Shown: one piece after another, positions 1 to 10,557 of the stretch | Position numbering within the stretch: position 1 is the stretch's first letter | Layout of the letters: each line of letters starts with the position of its first letter | NCBI GenBank assembly: GCA_903861305.1 | Contig: CAIOTT010000049.1 | Span: forward strand, 88,246 to 152,245 | Source of the DNA: Candidatus Omnitrophota bacterium | GTDB lineage: Bacteria; Omnitrophota; Gorgyraeia; Zapsychrales; Fredricksoniimonadaceae | Length of the DNA: 64,000 nt | Reading direction: 5' to 3' | Position numbers and translations under genes: made by a program | The notes under the pieces: generated by a model | The model's input: the letters and a program-made list of their open reading frames with translations, nothing else | Database searches by the model: none | What the model was told of the DNA's origin: nothing

Positions 1-205
1 TTGAGGCGCCGGTCCTTATCGGGATCGGAGCGGCATTTGATTTTCTCTCAGGCATGAAAGTTCAGGCACCGCGCTGGGTCCAGCGGTGCGGCCTCGAGTG
101 GCTGTTCCGGCTGTGCTGTGAACCGCGCCGGCTCTGGCGCAGGTATTTGATCGGGAACGCGCGTTTCATTGGACTTCTTTTTAATCAAAGGATCAGGAAA
201 AGCGC

Positions 206-1624
206 ATGATCAGCAGGGTGTTGTTCGTTTTTATCCGCGTTGCCTATATCCTTATTGATGTGTGCGGGGTCATCACGGCCATTTTTTTGGCGTGCTGGCT
301 GCGCCGGACCGCGTTCCCCCTGGACCTGCACACACTCCTTCTGGACACCTCGAATCCTTTTTATGTGGTTTTCCTTGCCTGGCTGGTCGCGATCCTTCTT
401 TTTAACGGGCTTAACAAGCTTTATGAGACCCATCGTGAACTTGTCGAACGGCATGAGCTGGCCCAGTTGGTAAAGTCGGTGTTCTTTGCGGCGGTCGCGG
501 TGCTGGCGTTCGTTTATACGGTCAAGGTCCAGGACTTCCCGCGGTCTGTGTTCCTGCTTATCCTTATTTTTACAACGATGACACTGTCTTTCTGGCGCAT
601 CCTCAAGCGCTGGTTCGTTGATTTTCTCGCGGCCAACGGGTATAACAATTTCAACGTGGTCATCATTGGCGCCGGCAAGGTGGGGATGATGCTGGCCGCG
701 GAGATCAAGCGCCGTCCGGGGCTGGGTTTTAATATCGTCGGTTTTTTGGACGATAAGAAAACCACAGCGGACCTGGAGGGGCGTTATGAGGTGCTGGGCA
801 AGTTGAGCGATCTTGATGATGTGATCCGGCGGAAATTCGTTACCCGGATCTTTATCACGGTCCATCCGGACGGCGGGGTCTTTCACAACATGCTTGATGT
901 GGCCAAGCAGCACAAGGTATCCCTGCGCGTGGTGCCACAGGCCTTTGACCAGGCGACAAGCGAGCTTTTCAAATACAATATCGGTTATGTCCCCGTGCTG
1001 GAATATTGTGATATTGGCCACAGCCGCCAGCAATTTGGAAAGAGGTTCTTTGATGTCGTGGTTTCCCTGGCCGGCCTTCTTGTCCTGTCCCCGTTCTTTA
1101 TTGTATGCATGGTATTGATCAAAGCCGAAGGGCAGGGGCCTGTTTTTTATTTTTCCAAGCGTTACGGCCTTGGCGGGCGGGTGTTCAACATGTGGAAGTT
1201 CAGGAGCATGGTCGCGGATGCCGACAAGAGGCTGGAAGCGCTCAAGAACAGGAATGAGGTCGATGGCCCTATTTTCAAGATCCGTCAGGACCCCCGCGTT
1301 ACTCCTCTGGGGAGATTCCTGCGCAAATACAGCATTGATGAATTGCCGCAGATCCTTAATGTCCTTATGGGTGATATGAGCCTTGTGGGACCGCGGCCTT
1401 TGCCCATCGCCCAGGTTGAGAAAGAGGACCTGAAGCAGCTCAAGCGTCTTGAGGTCCGCCCGGGGATCACCGGCCTTTGGCAGGTCCGGGGCAGGAGCGA
1501 CCTGCCGTTCCATAAACTGATCAAATGGGACACCTGGTATGTGAACAACTGGTCGTTCACGCTGGACCTGGAAATATTGTTCGAGACAGTTCCAGTGGTC
1601 CTTAAGGGAGAGGGTGCGTATTGA
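206..1624 (+). CDS. Polyprenyl-phosphate hexose-1-phosphate transferase (bacterial sugar transferase; WbaP/EpsB-like initiating transferase for exopolysaccharide or O-antigen)
   Basis: 472 aa with N-terminal TM helices, a central Rossmann-like segment ([17 protein letters not shown]) and a C-terminal bacterial sugar transferase domain ([22 protein letters not shown]...[21 protein letters not shown]). TGA stop at 1622-1624. Confidence 0.85.
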   Translation: MISRVLFVFIRVAYILIDVCGVITAIFLACWLRRTAFPLDLHTLLLDTSNPFYVVFLAWLVAILLFNGLNKLYETHRELVERHELAQLVKSVFFAAVAVLAFVYTVKVQDFPRSVFLLILIFTTMTLSFWRILKRWFVDFLAANGYNNFNVVIIGAGKVGMMLAAEIKRRPGLGFNIVGFLDDKKTTADLEGRYEVLGKLSDLDDVIRRKFVTRIFITVHPDGGVFHNMLDVAKQHKVSLRVVPQAFDQATSELFKYNIGYVPVLEYCDIGHSRQQFGKRFFDVVVSLAGLLVLSPFFIVCMVLIKAEGQGPVFYFSKRYGLGGRVFNMWKFRSMVADADKRLEALKNRNEVDGPIFKIRQDPRVTPLGRFLRKYSIDELPQILNVLMGDMSLVGPRPLPIAQVEKEDLKQLKRLEVRPGITGLWQVRGRSDLPFHKLIKWDTWYVNNWSFTLDLEILFETVPVVLKGEGAY

Positions 1625-2904
1625 TGGGGCAACCTGCCGTCACGACCTGGCTTGACCGCGCGAGTTTCTTGTGTTTGTGCGGGTTCATTCTTCTGCTTCC
1701 AGTGACGATCGCGGGTGTCGAATTTTTCGCCTCCCTGGCCTGTAGCCTGTTCCTGATCAGAAAAGTTGTGGACGCCCGCCGCGGTGTTGCCTGCGGGCCA
1801 TGTGTGCCCCTGAGGATCCTTATTCCCGCTGCAGCTTTTCTGGCTGTGGCTGCGATCTCGATCCTTTACAGCGAGGCGCCGCGCCTGAGCATAAGGGCTT
1901 TTGTCGGGAAATCATTTCTTGCCATCCTGTTCTTCCTGGTCGTTCCTTCCATCGTGGCCACGCGCAAAAGGCTGGCCTGTCTTTTCGGGTGTTTTTTTGC
2001 CGCGGCTGTTGTGCTTGCTTTTGACGGCTTCTGGCAGTTATGGAAAGGACATGATCTTTTTTATATGAGGCCGCTTGTTGACGACCGTATCGGCGCGGCC
2101 ATGCGGCATCCCAATGATTTCGGAGCGTATCTGATCCCCGCGGTTGCGGTCGCTCTCGCCTTCACGCTGTGGGCCTGGACGACCCGGACAGTGCCGCGGC
2201 CGTTCAAACATTGGCAGACAAAGCTGATCGCCACGCTGGTCTTTATGATCCTGTGCTCGACGCTGGGATTGACATATTCCCGGAGCGCCTGGTTTGGTTT
2301 TCTTGTTGCGTTACTGGTTTTTGTCCTGATGCGGCGGCAATTCATGCTTGTCTGCGTTGCGGGGGTGATATTTTTCGGCCTGATCTTCCTGCCGCTCATG
2401 GTTTCCGCGCGGCATGTTTCCCTGGTCCCTTCCGGCGCGAAAGTCTGGCGCACCCTGGAGGATATAGCCTTCAACGGGTCAGGCCGCCTGACCTACTGGG
2501 GGAATGCGGTGCAGATCATCAAGGATCACCCTTTTGGAACAGGGCTTAACACGTATACCGTCGTGATCAAAAGGTACTCCCAGATCTGGCAGGCTTATCC
2601 CCACAATTGTTATTTGCAGATGGCGTCCGAGATAGGGCTTAGCGGCCTTGCCGTATTCTTATGGCTGCTGTGGAGTGTCGGGCGTTTTTTTGTGAGATGC
2701 CACGCGGGCACGAAGGAGGATCTGACAGCCGTTCTGTTAACTGGGCTTTTTGCGGGATGGACAGGGCTGCTGTTCGAGAGCGGATTTGATACGACCCTTT
2801 ATTCCGTCCAGTTGAGCAAGTTCTTGTGGTTCATGATGGGCATCCTTGTGGCGGGTGTCATGATACTGGAAAGGGAGAAGGGCGAGGGAACCTTGCTTAA
2901 GTAA
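1624..2904 (+). CDS. O-antigen ligase / O-antigen polymerase (Wzy_C) family polytopic membrane protein
   Basis: About 10 predicted TM helices. It carries the Wzy_C-type segment [20 protein letters not shown]. The start overlaps the upstream stop (tTGATGg). The ORF track starts at TTG 1621. Confidence 0.7.
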   Translation: MGQPAVTTWLDRASFLCLCGFILLLPVTIAGVEFFASLACSLFLIRKVVDARRGVACGPCVPLRILIPAAAFLAVAAISILYSEAPRLSIRAFVGKSFLAILFFLVVPSIVATRKRLACLFGCFFAAAVVLAFDGFWQLWKGHDLFYMRPLVDDRIGAAMRHPNDFGAYLIPAVAVALAFTLWAWTTRTVPRPFKHWQTKLIATLVFMILCSTLGLTYSRSAWFGFLVALLVFVLMRRQFMLVCVAGVIFFGLIFLPLMVSARHVSLVPSGAKVWRTLEDIAFNGSGRLTYWGNAVQIIKDHPFGTGLNTYTVVIKRYSQIWQAYPHNCYLQMASEIGLSGLAVFLWLLWSVGRFFVRCHAGTKEDLTAVLLTGLFAGWTGLLFESGFDTTLYSVQLSKFLWFMMGILVAGVMILEREKGEGTLLK

Positions 2905-2949
2905 AAATAATATTTTATACTTCGCGTACGTTGAAACCACACCGACAAC

Positions 2950-5900
2950 GTGCCACGTATGAAAACCATTATTTTTTTCAAAAAAGCATGCGGCCAGCGC
3001 CGCCCCATCGTGCTGTTTGTCCTTTTATCCTTCCTGTTGACCATCGGGATCGGCCCGGCCGGGTCGGCACGCGCTCAGGAGGCCTTTCAACTCCCGCAAC
3101 CCGGCACCCGGGTCAGTTTAAGCCCCTCTTTTATTCCGCCGCTGCTTAAGGGGGTTAAAGTTTATCCGCAGGATCCTTTCCGGCTTGATTTTATTTTGGA
3201 TGGCGGGGAGAGGCGACCTGCCGGATCTTCTCTGCATGATGATGCCACCCGCTTGATCAAATATTTCCTCGCAGCGATCACCGTCCCTGAAAAAGACCTT
3301 TGGGTGAACCTCTCCCCATATGAAAAGGACCGCATTGTTCCCGATGCCTTTGGCCAGACCGAGATGGTCCGCGATCTTCTGGCGCAGGATTATCTGCTGA
3401 AGCAGATCACCGCGTCCGTCACTGATCCCGAAGGGCAGGCGGGCAGGGAATTCTGGGCCAGGGTTTACGCTGAAGCCAGGGAGCGTTTTGGTACAGCCGA
3501 CATCCCGGTCGACACCTTTAACAAGGTTTGGATCGTCCCGGAGAAGGCCGTTGTTTACGAGACTAAGGATGCGGCGTATGTCGTGGAATCCAGGTTGAAG
3601 GTCATGCTGGAAAGTGATTACCTGGCCCAAGAGAAAAGCGTATCATCGCCACTCGCACCAGTGCCGGGGCAATTATTGCCCTCCCCCTTGTGGGGAGGGA
3701 ATGGGAGGGGGGCAGATGTCGCCAAAAACATCCTCCGTGAGATCGTCATCCCCATCCTCGAAAAAGAAGTCAATGAAGGCCGGAACTTCGCCCACTTGCG
3801 CCAGGTTTACAATTCCCTGATCCTGGCCGTGTGGTTCAAGGACAGGATCAGGTCAAGCATCTTCGGCAAAGCCTATATCGACCAGGACAAAGTCGCCGGT
3901 ATCGACATCAAGGACAGGGCTGAAAAGGACAGGATCTGGGCGCAGTACGTCGAATCCTTCAAGAAGGGGGTATATAACTTCATCCGTGAGGAAAAAGATG
4001 CGGTTTCGGGTGAAATGATCCCGCGGAAGTATTTTTCGGGCGGGATGCGCCTTGAGAATGTCAGGGAAGTTATTGTCCTTGCTCAAGAGGCGCAGCTGTC
4101 AGGGGAAGTCCCGGATCACGCCATGATCGTCCGTGCCGATATGTCAATGACCGCTGATCCCGGGATCTTCGCCAAGCCAGAGTTGATAATTGGAATTCCA
4201 GCGGAAGAAGGCATTCATTTTGAAAGACAGCGGTTGTTAAAAGACCCTGACTGGGAATTTATTAAAAGTCGAGGTGTCGATGATTTTGTATTTGGACTTG
4301 CGATGAGGAACATAGATAGGACCGGCGCTGTCCCCTTTGGGTTGAAACCATCAAAGGAAGGGCGGATCATGAATGTTGATCAATTTGAATTGATCCGCAG
4401 GGACTTTGAAAGGATCCTTAGAGAAAAAAATGGAGGAAAGAAGGAAATAACGATCTATCAATTTGGATTGGGACGAAAATTCCTGGAGACGGAAGACATC
4501 CTGAATGCATTGCAGGCGGCATTTGAAGGCCAGGGGATACTGCCTGCGCAGAGATCCATCCCGGGGACAATTCTTCCGGATGCGCAGGATCACGTGGTGG
4601 ATGCGGCTGAGAATGGGGAAGGCTCAGGCTTTGAAACAGCCCAGAAGCAGCAGCGTGAACGCGTCAGACGCAAACAGGAAGATCTGATCAAATACGCCCG
4701 ATCGCTTGCCGCCCGGTTCCCTCAATATCCCTGGCTGGCATGGGAAAGCGCGGCGATCGTCCCGTGGGGTGAAGTTGTCCGTGATACTGAACGAATGGAG
4801 CCCGATGGGCCTGTTATTCAGGACACAGAATATTTTTCATTAGAGAACCGCTGGAATTACTGGGCCAATCAGTTGGATGCGCGACGCGTGTTCCTGGACA
4901 TGCTGGCAGGATCGCTGGTGTCCATGGAAGGCGTCTCCTTTCGGGATGTCCTTGAAAAGGCGCATTCGGACCTTATCCTGGGGGAAGGGCAGGACTCTCC
5001 GTATCGCCCTGCTACCCACAAGAGTTTCTCTGCGGACAATGATCTTGTGAATATTGCCACGACCATGCGACTGTCTGTGCGCGGCCTGGAGCGCCTGAAG
5101 ACAGAATTTGGACTATTCGTGCCGCAGATAAAAGGACATACGCTTAAGCCGAAGTCCCTTTTCCCGACGATATCCTCAATATACTTAACAATGATGTGGC
5201 TTGGGTCATATGATGAGTTTGAAGCAACGAACTTTACGTTCCGGTTCGGGAACCATTCTTTAGTCATGAATTTTATCAATGCGACCCTTCGTCTTTGCGG
5301 ACTGAGCGGTATCCGGAATGGCCATTTTGATTACGATATACTTTGGGACAATGGGTTCAAAGGAAATCGTGATAAGGCTTTGGCTTATGTATCGGCTGGA
5401 CTTTCCAGGTTGGTTGCAGAAGCTGATCGCCGCAAGGCTGATCCATCCCAACTGGGTGAAGATGCCGTTGTCATGGCGCTCTCCGAGCAAGAGATCGCGA
5501 AACTTGAAACGCTTTATCCGGAGTATGATTGGCGCAATGCCGCTGTGGTCGTTTGGCCTGAATTGACGCGCCAGGCTGGTCAAAAGATAAAGAACAAGAA
5601 TCAAATGAACTATTTCGGGAATCAGGTGGTCGTCAGGAGAGAGTTTTTACATTTGGTACGCGACATATTGTCCGGTGATCTGGATACGAAGACGTTTATC
5701 GCGGCAGTCCAACGGATCCATACCTTATTATTAACAGCCACGGGTCCCTATGACCCTTCCTCGGAAGACCTTCACGAGAAGAGTTCGTCCTATCTTGAGC
5801 AGATCAAAGGCAAGTTGAGGGATGAAAGTTGGGCGCGGGCAAGATTGCAAATTATGCAAAATGACCTGGGATCGATCTTCAGCCGGGATGTCCTGACGGG

Positions 5901-6390
5901 GCCAAGGAACCGTATCGTCTCATTGATCGCCAGGTTTTATGCTGACCTTATCGTTGAACAGCGCAATCTTTTCCCGAAGGGAAATCATTCATGGGCCATG
6001 CAGCTCGTCAATACCATGCTGCGGCTTTATGGCCTCAAGGGCATTCCTCACGGGTTTCTTGATGAATTGATCAGGTATGATGAGTTCAAGACAGATGTTC
6101 CCGCAGAGATCGTGGCCCTTGTAAAAGAAGCGAATAAGAATGTTCAATTTGATGAGGCCTACAAAGATCCCGCCATGGAAGAAAAAGGCGGCATCGACTT
6201 GACCCGCGATACGATGCGCCTCAAGGTCAACAGCGACGGCCAGGGGGCCCGATTCAACTTTGATCCTGCCATGGTCCGGCGCCTTGAGAGCGCTGCGGGC
6301 ATCACCCCGGTCATCATCGATATCTGTCCGATGACAACATCGGTGCCGGCGTTCCTGGGGAGCAAGAACGGCCTTTCCGAGACAAGATAA
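2950..6390 (+). CDS. Member 1 of a large secreted-protein paralog family: signal peptide, conserved N-terminal domain, tandem GNHS...LRLxGL repeats, conserved C-terminal GGIDL domain
   Basis: The 1146-aa ORF starts at GTG 2950 or ATG 2959. The signal-peptide-like N-terminus ends ...GSARAQEA. Residues 44 to about 370 align with the N-termini of the ORFs at 25721, 40823 and 46658 (LIKYFLA.LTVPEKDLWVNLSPYEKDRIVP...FNKVWIVPEKA...LKVMLESDY...EKEVNEGRNFA.LRQVYNSLILA.W...IPRKYFSGG). The last ~80 aa (GIDLTRD...FDPAMVRRLESAAGITPVIIDI) align with the C-termini of the paralogs. Confidence 0.8.
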   Translation: MPRMKTIIFFKKACGQRRPIVLFVLLSFLLTIGIGPAGSARAQEAFQLPQPGTRVSLSPSFIPPLLKGVKVYPQDPFRLDFILDGGERRPAGSSLHDDATRLIKYFLAAITVPEKDLWVNLSPYEKDRIVPDAFGQTEMVRDLLAQDYLLKQITASVTDPEGQAGREFWARVYAEARERFGTADIPVDTFNKVWIVPEKAVVYETKDAAYVVESRLKVMLESDYLAQEKSVSSPLAPVPGQLLPSPLWGGNGRGADVAKNILREIVIPILEKEVNEGRNFAHLRQVYNSLILAVWFKDRIRSSIFGKAYIDQDKVAGIDIKDRAEKDRIWAQYVESFKKGVYNFIREEKDAVSGEMIPRKYFSGGMRLENVREVIVLAQEAQLSGEVPDHAMIVRADMSMTADPGIFAKPELIIGIPAEEGIHFERQRLLKDPDWEFIKSRGVDDFVFGLAMRNIDRTGAVPFGLKPSKEGRIMNVDQFELIRRDFERILREKNGGKKEITIYQFGLGRKFLETEDILNALQAAFEGQGILPAQRSIPGTILPDAQDHVVDAAENGEGSGFETAQKQQRERVRRKQEDLIKYARSLAARFPQYPWLAWESAAIVPWGEVVRDTERMEPDGPVIQDTEYFSLENRWNYWANQLDARRVFLDMLAGSLVSMEGVSFRDVLEKAHSDLILGEGQDSPYRPATHKSFSADNDLVNIATTMRLSVRGLERLKTEFGLFVPQIKGHTLKPKSLFPTISSIYLTMMWLGSYDEFEATNFTFRFGNHSLVMNFINATLRLCGLSGIRNGHFDYDILWDNGFKGNRDKALAYVSAGLSRLVAEADRRKADPSQLGEDAVVMALSEQEIAKLETLYPEYDWRNAAVVVWPELTRQAGQKIKNKNQMNYFGNQVVVRREFLHLVRDILSGDLDTKTFIAAVQRIHTLLLTATGPYDPSSEDLHEKSSSYLEQIKGKLRDESWARARLQIMQNDLGSIFSRDVLTGPRNRIVSLIARFYADLIVEQRNLFPKGNHSWAMQLVNTMLRLYGLKGIPHGFLDELIRYDEFKTDVPAEIVALVKEANKNVQFDEAYKDPAMEEKGGIDLTRDTMRLKVNSDGQGARFNFDPAMVRRLESAAGITPVIIDICPMTTSVPAFLGSKNGLSETR

Positions 6391-6398
6391 CCCAGCGT

Positions 6399-6426
6399 TT
6401 GACAAACAAATTTCTCCCTATATAAT
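6399..6426 (+). promoter_or_regulatory. Near-consensus sigma70-type promoter upstream of pgk (TTGACA, 16-nt spacer, TATAAT)
   Basis: ttgaca at 6399-6404 and tataat at 6421-6426. An AGGAG RBS follows at 6453-6457, ahead of ATG 6468. Confidence 0.6.
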
Positions 6427-6467
6427 TAAACGCTCAGGTTGAGTGCACCCTTAACGAAGGAGATGTT

Positions 6468-7688
6468 ATGAACAAAATGACCGTCCGCGACGTTGACCTT
6501 AAGGGAAAAAGGGTCATTATCCGCGTTGATTTCAATGTCCCGCTGGAAGCCGGCAAGATCACGGATGATATCCGTATCCGCGCCGCCGTACCGACCGTCA
6601 AGTATGCGCTGGACCATGGCGCTGCCAGGGTCATCCTGATGAGCCACCTGGGCCGTCCATCCGGCAAGGGGTTTGAACAGGAATTTTCGCTCACGCCCGC
6701 GGCCAAACGCCTGGCGGAATTGATCGGCCAGCCCGTGAAGCTTTTGAGTGATTGCGTTGGTGACGGTGTCAGGAAAGACCTGGCGGCGGCCCCGGAAAAG
6801 CTGGTGCTGCTGGAGAACCTGCGTTTTCACAAGGCCGAAGAAAAGAACGACCCGGCCTTCGCGAAGGAACTTGCGTCCCTCGCCGATATCTATGTCAATG
6901 ACGCTTTCGGTACGGCGCATCGCGCGCACGCCTCAACGGCGGGTGTGGCGGCATATTTGCCCGCGGTCAGCGGTTTCCTGATCGAGAAAGAACTCCAGTA
7001 CCTCGGCAAGGCCGTGAACAATCCCGAACGCCCGTTCGTTGTCATTCTCGGCGGGGCCAAGGTGTCGGATAAGATCCTTCTGATCGAAAATCTGCTTCAG
7101 AAAGCCAACGCGATCCTGGTCGGCGGCGGCATGGCGTATACCTTTTTAAAAGCTCAGGGGATCAATATCGGGGACTCCAAGCTTGAAAAAGACAAGGTCG
7201 ACCTGGCCAAGGCCCTGCTTGAAAAAGCGAAAGTCGCCGGGGTCCAGATCGTGCTGACCAGTGATTTTGTGATCGTTCCGAACTTTGATTCCAATGATGC
7301 AAAAATCTCCGACACCATCCCTGATGGTTTCATGTCCCTCGATATCGGCCCCAAGACCAGGGAAGCGTTCAAGGCTGTCCTTTCCAAAGCCAGGACCGTG
7401 GTATGGAACGGGCCGCTGGGCGTGTTCGAACGCGACGCATTCCTCCAGGGGACGAAAGATATCGCCCTTTACCTCGCCGCGCTGAAAGACAAGGGTGTCC
7501 AGACGATCATCGGCGGCGGTGATTCGGCCGCGGCGGTGCTGAAGTTCGGCCTGGATGACAAGATGACCCACATTTCCACAGGCGGCGGGGCATCGCTCGA
7601 ATATCTCGAGGGGAAAGAACTTCCCGGGATCACGGCGCTCAATGACAAGAAAAAACCGGCGGGCGGTTGCGGCTGCGGCTGCCACTGA
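6468..7688 (+). CDS. pgk: Phosphoglycerate kinase
   Basis: The N-terminus [20 protein letters not shown] and the overall PGK architecture are recognisable. There is an unusual C-terminal tail ...[13 protein letters not shown]. Confidence 0.95.
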   Translation: MNKMTVRDVDLKGKRVIIRVDFNVPLEAGKITDDIRIRAAVPTVKYALDHGAARVILMSHLGRPSGKGFEQEFSLTPAAKRLAELIGQPVKLLSDCVGDGVRKDLAAAPEKLVLLENLRFHKAEEKNDPAFAKELASLADIYVNDAFGTAHRAHASTAGVAAYLPAVSGFLIEKELQYLGKAVNNPERPFVVILGGAKVSDKILLIENLLQKANAILVGGGMAYTFLKAQGINIGDSKLEKDKVDLAKALLEKAKVAGVQIVLTSDFVIVPNFDSNDAKISDTIPDGFMSLDIGPKTREAFKAVLSKARTVVWNGPLGVFERDAFLQGTKDIALYLAALKDKGVQTIIGGGDSAAAVLKFGLDDKMTHISTGGGASLEYLEGKELPGITALNDKKKPAGGCGCGCH

Positions 7689-7710
7689 TGCAAAGGATAA
7701 CAGGAGACTT

Positions 7711-8466
7711 ATGAGAAAGAAGATCATTGCGGGGAACTGGAAGATGTACAAGAACCCGGCAGAAGCCCTCGCGCTTGTGGCCGGGCTGAAAAAGGAGATC
7801 GGCGCACAGTCCGCGGTCGAGGTTGTTGTTTGCCCGCCATTCGTTGATCTGGCGGCGGCGGTCCAGGCGGCGGCGGGTTCGACCATCGCTTTGGGAGCGC
7901 AGAATCTTTTCTGGGAGACCGAGGGGGCATTCACCGGAGAGATCTCGGGTGCCATGATCAAGGCCTCAGGTGCAACCTATGTTATCATCGGCCATTCCGA
8001 GCGCCGGCAGTATTTCGGCGAGACGAATGCGACCGTGAACAAGCGCCTGAAAGCGGCGTTGGCGTGCGGGTTGAATCCCATTGTGTGCGTGGGCGAGAAT
8101 CTCGCCGAGCGCGAGGCTGGCAAGACCTTTGATGTGGTGAAAGACCATGTCACCGGATCCCTGGCAGGTTTGACCAAAGAGGATATGAAGACGGTGGTCA
8201 TCGCGTATGAGCCTGTCTGGGCCATCGGGACGGGCAAGACCGCGACCTCAGCCCAGGCCCAGGAAGTCCACAAGTTCATCCGTGACCTTCTGGCCAAGCT
8301 GTTCGACCAGGCCACGGCCGAGGCCACGCGCCTGCAGTATGGCGGCAGTGTCAAGCCCGAGAACACGGCGGAGCTGACCGCGCAGCCCGACATCGACGGC
8401 GCGCTTGTCGGCGGGGCGAGCCTCAAGGTTGACTCTTTTTCAGCGATCATCAGAAATACAAAATAA
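7711..8466 (+). CDS. tpiA: Triosephosphate isomerase
   Basis: The N-terminus MRKKIIAGNWKMYKN is typical, and the catalytic-region motifs AYEPVWAIGTGKTAT and IIGHSERR are present. The ORF track extends the start upstream to 7642, overlapping pgk. The ATG at 7711 fits better. Confidence 0.9.
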   Translation: MRKKIIAGNWKMYKNPAEALALVAGLKKEIGAQSAVEVVVCPPFVDLAAAVQAAAGSTIALGAQNLFWETEGAFTGEISGAMIKASGATYVIIGHSERRQYFGETNATVNKRLKAALACGLNPIVCVGENLAEREAGKTFDVVKDHVTGSLAGLTKEDMKTVVIAYEPVWAIGTGKTATSAQAQEVHKFIRDLLAKLFDQATAEATRLQYGGSVKPENTAELTAQPDIDGALVGGASLKVDSFSAIIRNTK

Positions 8467-8476
8467 GGGGATAGTC

Positions 8477-8830
8477 GTGATCACTTTCGTAACAATAATT
8501 CATGTCATTACCTGTATCCTTCTGGTCATCACCATCCTCATGCAGTCCGGCAAGGGCGGCGGGCTGGCGCAGGGGTTTGATTCGGCGGAAAATCTGCTGG
8601 GGGCCCAGACCAACATGTTCATGGTCAAGGTCACGACCTCATTGTGCGTTATCTTCTTGTGCACGTGCATCGGCCTTGCCATCATGACAGCGAAAAAACA
8701 GCGTTCCCTGCTCTCGGACCTTCCGGACCGCCGCAGCCACGCGACAACGGTGAACGTGGAAAAACTTTTCGACCAGGCGCCGGTGCAGACGATCGTCATC
8801 AACGCGGCGACGACCAACAGCGAGAAATGA
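8477..8830 (+). CDS. secG: Preprotein translocase subunit SecG
   Basis: The SecG signature LLVITILMQSGKGGGLAQGFDSAENLLGAQ is present. A GTG start follows an AAGGGGA RBS. The track's ATG 8405 start lies inside tpiA. Confidence 0.8.
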   Translation: MITFVTIIHVITCILLVITILMQSGKGGGLAQGFDSAENLLGAQTNMFMVKVTTSLCVIFLCTCIGLAIMTAKKQRSLLSDLPDRRSHATTVNVEKLFDQAPVQTIVINAATTNSEK

Positions 8831-10557
8831 CGCATATCTTCAGGACCATCAAGAGCACAGCGGGCGTGATCCTGCTGTGCTCTTTTCTTTTTGGCGCAAC
8901 GTGTGCCGCGGCTTCAGGGCCGCAGCCCCGTTACGGCGGGACGTTTGTGCTCGCGCTGACATCCGACCCACGGTCGCTGAATCCCATTCTGGCCAAGGAA
9001 ACGTCGACCACCGCGGTCACAGGTCATATTTTTGAAGGCCTGACCACGTCAGACCCTTTTACGCTGAAGGTCATCCCGAACCTGGCCGAACGCTGGGAGG
9101 CGAGCGCGGATGGGCTTGTGTGGACTTTCTATCTTCGCGAAGGCCTGCGGTGGTCCGATGGCGTCGTGTTCACGTCTGAAGATGTGGCCTTCACGTTCAA
9201 TGACCTTATTTTCAATGATGACGTTCCCAATTCGGCGCGTGATATTTTCACGCTTGACGGCAAACCGGTCAAGGTCGAGGCGCTCGACCCGCGCACGGTG
9301 CGTTTCACGCTGCCCGTCAGGTTCGCGCCCTTCCTCAGGAGCCTGGGCCAGGAGATCCTGCCGCGGCACAAGCTTGCCGCTGCGGTCAAGGCGAAGAAGT
9401 TCAACTTTACATGGGGGATCGATGCCAACCCGTTGGACATTGTCGGGACAGGACCTTATCTCCTGGCGGAATACCAGCCCGGGCGCCGGGTTGTTTTCAG
9501 CCCGAACCCCTGCTACTGGAAAAAGTCGCCGCAGGGCGGCACGCTGCCCTATATCCAGAAGATCGAATATGTCATTGTCCCAAGCCTGGATGTGGAGCTG
9601 CTGAAATTCCTGGAAGGGAGCCTTGACGCGTACACGATGCGCGGCATGGATTATCCTTTGCTCAAGCCGCGGGAAAAGGAAAAGGGCTTTACGGTCTATG
9701 ACCTGGGGCCTGACCTGGGCAGCAATTTCATCACGTTCAACCAGAACGCCGGGGCGAATCCTTCGACAGGAAAGGCGTTTGTCGCGCCCTGGAAGCACGC
9801 GTGGTTCATGGACCTGAGGTTCCGGCAGGCCGTGGCGCACGCCATCGATAAGCGGCGGATCATCGAGATCGTCAAGAACGGCCTGGGCTATCCCCAGGAT
9901 TCACCCGAAAGCCCGGCAGCCGGATTCTTTTATTGTGCTGATGTGAAGAAATATGATTTCGACCTCGACGCGGCCCGCGCGTTATTGAAGGACATGGGTT
10001 TCACGGACAAAGACGGCGACGGCGTCCTCGAGGATGCTGCCGGGCGGAAGCTGGAGTTCAATCTTTACACAAATGCGGATAATTCGGAGCGCGCGGATAT
10101 TGCTTCGATCATCAGGAGCGATCTGGAGCGGCTCGGGATGAAGGTGAACCTCCAGCTGGTCGAGTTCAACACGCTCGTGTCAAAGTTGACCTCAAGCTGT
10201 GACTGGGACGCCATTGTCCTGGGGCTGACCGGTGGCGTCGATCCGCATTTTGGGCAGAACGTGTGGAGTTCCTCAGGCCAGCTGCACCTGTGGGCTCCGC
10301 GCCAGAAGGTTCCGGCCACCGCCTGGGAGAAAGAGGTGGACGATATTTTCACGGCCGCGGTCCAGGAAATGGATGAGGCCCGGCGCAAGACGTATTACGA
10401 CGCATACCAGAAGATCGTGGCCGAACAGCTTCCCGTGATCTACACGGCGCTCAGCGCCCGATTGACCGCGGTGAAGAACAGGTTCGGCAACCTGAAACCA
10501 TCCCCCTTTGGCGGGGTGTTCCACAACATTGAAGAGATCTATATCAGGGAACCATGA
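8827..10557 (+). CDS. ABC transporter substrate-binding protein, family 5 (peptide/nickel, OppA/DppA-like)
   Basis: Signal peptide MTHIFRTIKSTAGVILLCSFLFGATCAAAS, followed by the SBP_bac_5 start RYGGTFVLALTSDPRSLNPILAKETSTTAVTGHIFEGL. The ATG overlaps the secG stop (ATGA). Confidence 0.85.
   Translation: MTHIFRTIKSTAGVILLCSFLFGATCAAASGPQPRYGGTFVLALTSDPRSLNPILAKETSTTAVTGHIFEGLTTSDPFTLKVIPNLAERWEASADGLVWTFYLREGLRWSDGVVFTSEDVAFTFNDLIFNDDVPNSARDIFTLDGKPVKVEALDPRTVRFTLPVRFAPFLRSLGQEILPRHKLAAAVKAKKFNFTWGIDANPLDIVGTGPYLLAEYQPGRRVVFSPNPCYWKKSPQGGTLPYIQKIEYVIVPSLDVELLKFLEGSLDAYTMRGMDYPLLKPREKEKGFTVYDLGPDLGSNFITFNQNAGANPSTGKAFVAPWKHAWFMDLRFRQAVAHAIDKRRIIEIVKNGLGYPQDSPESPAAGFFYCADVKKYDFDLDAARALLKDMGFTDKDGDGVLEDAAGRKLEFNLYTNADNSERADIASIIRSDLERLGMKVNLQLVEFNTLVSKLTSSCDWDAIVLGLTGGVDPHFGQNVWSSSGQLHLWAPRQKVPATAWEKEVDDIFTAAVQEMDEARRKTYYDAYQKIVAEQLPVIYTALSARLTAVKNRFGNLKPSPFGGVFHNIEEIYIREP

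Noticed and set aside
5230-6060. Fic/Doc (AMPylation) motif in family member 1
   Set aside because: The repeats FGNHS...LRLCGLSG only loosely resemble the GNGR...L..L..GL tail of the Fic motif. The catalytic HPFx[DE]GNGR core is absent.
7642-7710. Extended starts for tpiA (7642), secG (8405), the OppA-like gene (8644), dnaG (22037), cmk (35423), the exonuclease (52503) and the first PilB (60303) as given by the ORF track
   Set aside because: In each case the upstream extension overlaps the preceding gene and lacks homology. An internal ATG/GTG preceded by an RBS, or overlapping the upstream stop, begins the recognisable conserved N-terminus.
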